NCBI RefSeq assembly: GCF_009914755.1
Contig: NC_060940.1
Length of the DNA: 64,000 nucleotides
DNA from: the human T2T-CHM13v2.0 reference genome, Homo sapiens
Strand: one strand, 5' to 3'
This document shows positions 61,920 to 64,000 of this stretch, in pieces. The position numbers and the translations under genes were made by a program. Position 1 is the first letter of the stretch, and every line of letters starts with the position of its first letter. Under the pieces are notes generated by a model, which searched no databases, was not told the origin of the DNA, and worked only from the letters and a program-made list of their open reading frames with translations.

Positions 61920-62332
61920 TTTGATATCCATTCACTTGCTTATTTGCCTCCTTATTTTAAGCCCCAGTCATCCATTTGCCCACCCATTCATCTATCCACC
62001 CATCTAGCCATTCACCTACTCACTCATTCATCCATTCATCCATCTATCCAACCATGTCATCCAGCCAGATGGCTGTTTTATCTCCGGCCTTCCACCTAAC
62101 AATCTTCCATCCATCCAATCATGCATTCATCCTCTCTTTATTCTTTCCATCATATATTCACTTAGCCAAACATCCATCCAGACATCTACCCTTCCTTTTA
62201 GCAATCCTTTCTTTCTCTGTCCAGCCACTATTCCTCTACTCATCATTTCTCCAATCAGCTATCATTTCTCCAGCCAGCAACTCACACATCCAGTCAACTG
62301 TCTATCCAACCTGTATCCATCCATCTCTTCAT
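61920..62332. repeat. Degenerate (CCAT/TCCA)n low-complexity repeat
   Basis: Seen directly. Confidence 0.85.
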
Positions 62333-62512
62333 CCTCCCGAGTAGCTGAGATTACAGGCATGTGCCACCATGCCCGGCTAATTTTGTGTTTTTAGTAGAGA
62401 TGGGGTTTCTCCATGTTGGTCAGGCTGGTCTCGAACTCTCGACCTTAGGTGATCCGGCCCACCTTGGCCTCCCAAAGTGCTGGGATTACAGGCGTGAGCT
62501 ACCACACCCGAC
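62333..62512 (-). mobile_element. Partial Alu (left arm plus part of the right arm)
   Basis: Antisense Alu sequence lacking its 3' end. Confidence 0.9.
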
Positions 62513-62629
62513 ATCTTCTGAACTTTTACCTAGCACACTCCTGTTACCAGAGGTCTCTCATCCTGGTGCACCATGATTTTAATTGCATGGGGAAACCTGA
62601 TGTTAGCTAATGTGTGATACTCAACCACA

Positions 62630-62850
62630 CTACTCACACTGTATGATGAGCATTTATGCTCATTTATGTACCTAATCCTCACAATGATAATTATAGGAGT
62701 TAAGGCTAATGTCACCCTCCCATCACTACCACCATTTTACATATTAGGAAACTGAGACCCAGAGAGGTTAAGTAACTTGGCCAGGGTCTCGGTGAAGTAA
62801 CAGATTAGGGTTCAAGCCAGGATGTTATAGAATCTGTGGTGCCAAATTAC
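62630..62850 (-). mobile_element. MIR
   Basis: ccattttacatattaggaaactgagacccagagaggttaagtaacttg..agggttcaagccag. Confidence 0.8.
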
Positions 62851-63386
62851 CACACGCCTCACAAAGCTTTCTTGGGAAGGCAGAGTTCATTCCATGGGGG
62901 ACAGGATGGACAGGGTAATGTTCTCAACAGAGGCCCATGAAGGTTCTCATTCAACAGGAGAAACAAGAAAGGTGAATGCTGTGAACAGACATCCCAACTC
63001 CCACTCCTGCTGGAGTGAATGATGGGTCATTCAGAGAATATGACTGAGGGTTGTCTTTCCCTTCCCAGGAAGCACATGCTGCAAGAGTGCATGGAACAAA
63101 TTTTTGCCCATAATTCTCAGGTTTCAGAGTCTCAAACAGAGGAATCTGGGGTAACTCCCAAGCCTGGGGCCTGGCAGGCCACTGTGTAGAAAGTGGGAAC
63201 AGGGCTTGCATCAGGGAGAGTTTGTTGGAAGAGGTGCTACGGGAACCAAAGCTTAGAGGATAAAACCCATGAAGGGGCTCCCAGCAGAGGGAGCATGGGC
63301 AGGATCTGAAGGCCTGTGCATGAGGAGCCCCCAACAGGGTGTCAGGCCTAGCATGTGTTCTCTTATTCCTGGGTGTCGGCCTCCAG

Positions 63387-63450
63387 GTTGGATGTCAGAG
63401 GACAGCTGGAGGATCTGATGGGCCAGCACAAGGACCTCTGGGAATTCCAC
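63387..63450 (+). CDS. SYCE1L: SYCE1L exon 7 (LDVRGQLEDLMGQHKDLWEFH); gene continues beyond the window
   Basis: ctccag| acceptor and CAC|gtgagc donor, 64 nt. Cumulative CDS is 423 nt = 141 codons with no stop. Confidence 0.92.
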
Positions 63451-64000
63451 GTGAGCCATTATCATTGCCTGCAACCAAAGCCACTCCTCCCTGGCTTTAG
63501 TGTCGCACTGACTGGCCCAGAGTCCACCCCTGCCCAGGCTCAATGCCGCGGGATAGTCCTTGATTCCTTGCTTCCGCTTGCCCACCTATTCAGTCCCTCA
63601 GCTTTTATCTAAAATCAACTTACGCCTCACCATGCCCCACTGCCACACCCAGCATCACCTGCCCAGACGGGTGCAGTACCATTGTGATCCTGCTTTCCCC
63701 CTGCTCATCTAGTGTATGTTCACCTTGCAGTGGCAAATGGCAGCCCAGGGAAAGCCATGGTCAGGTCATTCCTTCATTTAGCTAATGTCAGTGGTTGCAC
63801 CGGTCAGCATTTGAGGCAGGGAGGGAGGGTAGCAGATCAAAGAGTCCACGTCTTTGCTGTCCCAAGCTGGTTGGGGACGGTGGAGGCACCAAGAAAGTTA
63901 GTGGCTAGATCGTGGAACTTCAGTGGGAAGGCCTCTAAGCAAGTGACATCTCAACGCAGAGGTGAAGGAAGTGAGGGAAGAAGCCGTGCAGGTATCGGTG

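Overview
Human (Alu-rich primate) genomic DNA, recognisable from the encoded proteins as the MON1B-SYCE1L locus (from memory, 16q23.1). The first ~42 kb has no recognisable genes. It is made of Alu, L1, L2, MIR, MaLR/ERVL/ERV1 LTR and DNA-transposon remnants, often nested, plus a small cluster of CTCF and E-box motifs at 22-24 kb. A CpG island at ~42.4-43.8 kb is the promoter of MON1B on the + strand. MON1B has a short exon 1 and five coding exons that splice with GT-AG boundaries into a complete 547-aa protein. SYCE1L starts on the same strand inside the MON1B terminal exon; its first 7 coding exons (141 codons) are present and the gene continues past the window. The most notable unexplained structure is at the MON1B 5' end. 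A strong-context AUG in exon 1 (43396) opens a spliced, 130-codon, Arg-rich alternative-frame ORF that overprints the acidic low-complexity N-terminus and stops as the conserved domain begins. The same AUG becomes in-frame with MON1B when exon 2 is skipped. Also of note are the MON1B poly(A) signal just downstream of the weak SYCE1L exon 1 donor, an ancient degenerate tandem repeat filling MON1B intron 2, and several informative retrotransposition scars. Repeat subfamily names were assigned by eye and repeat boundaries are approximate.
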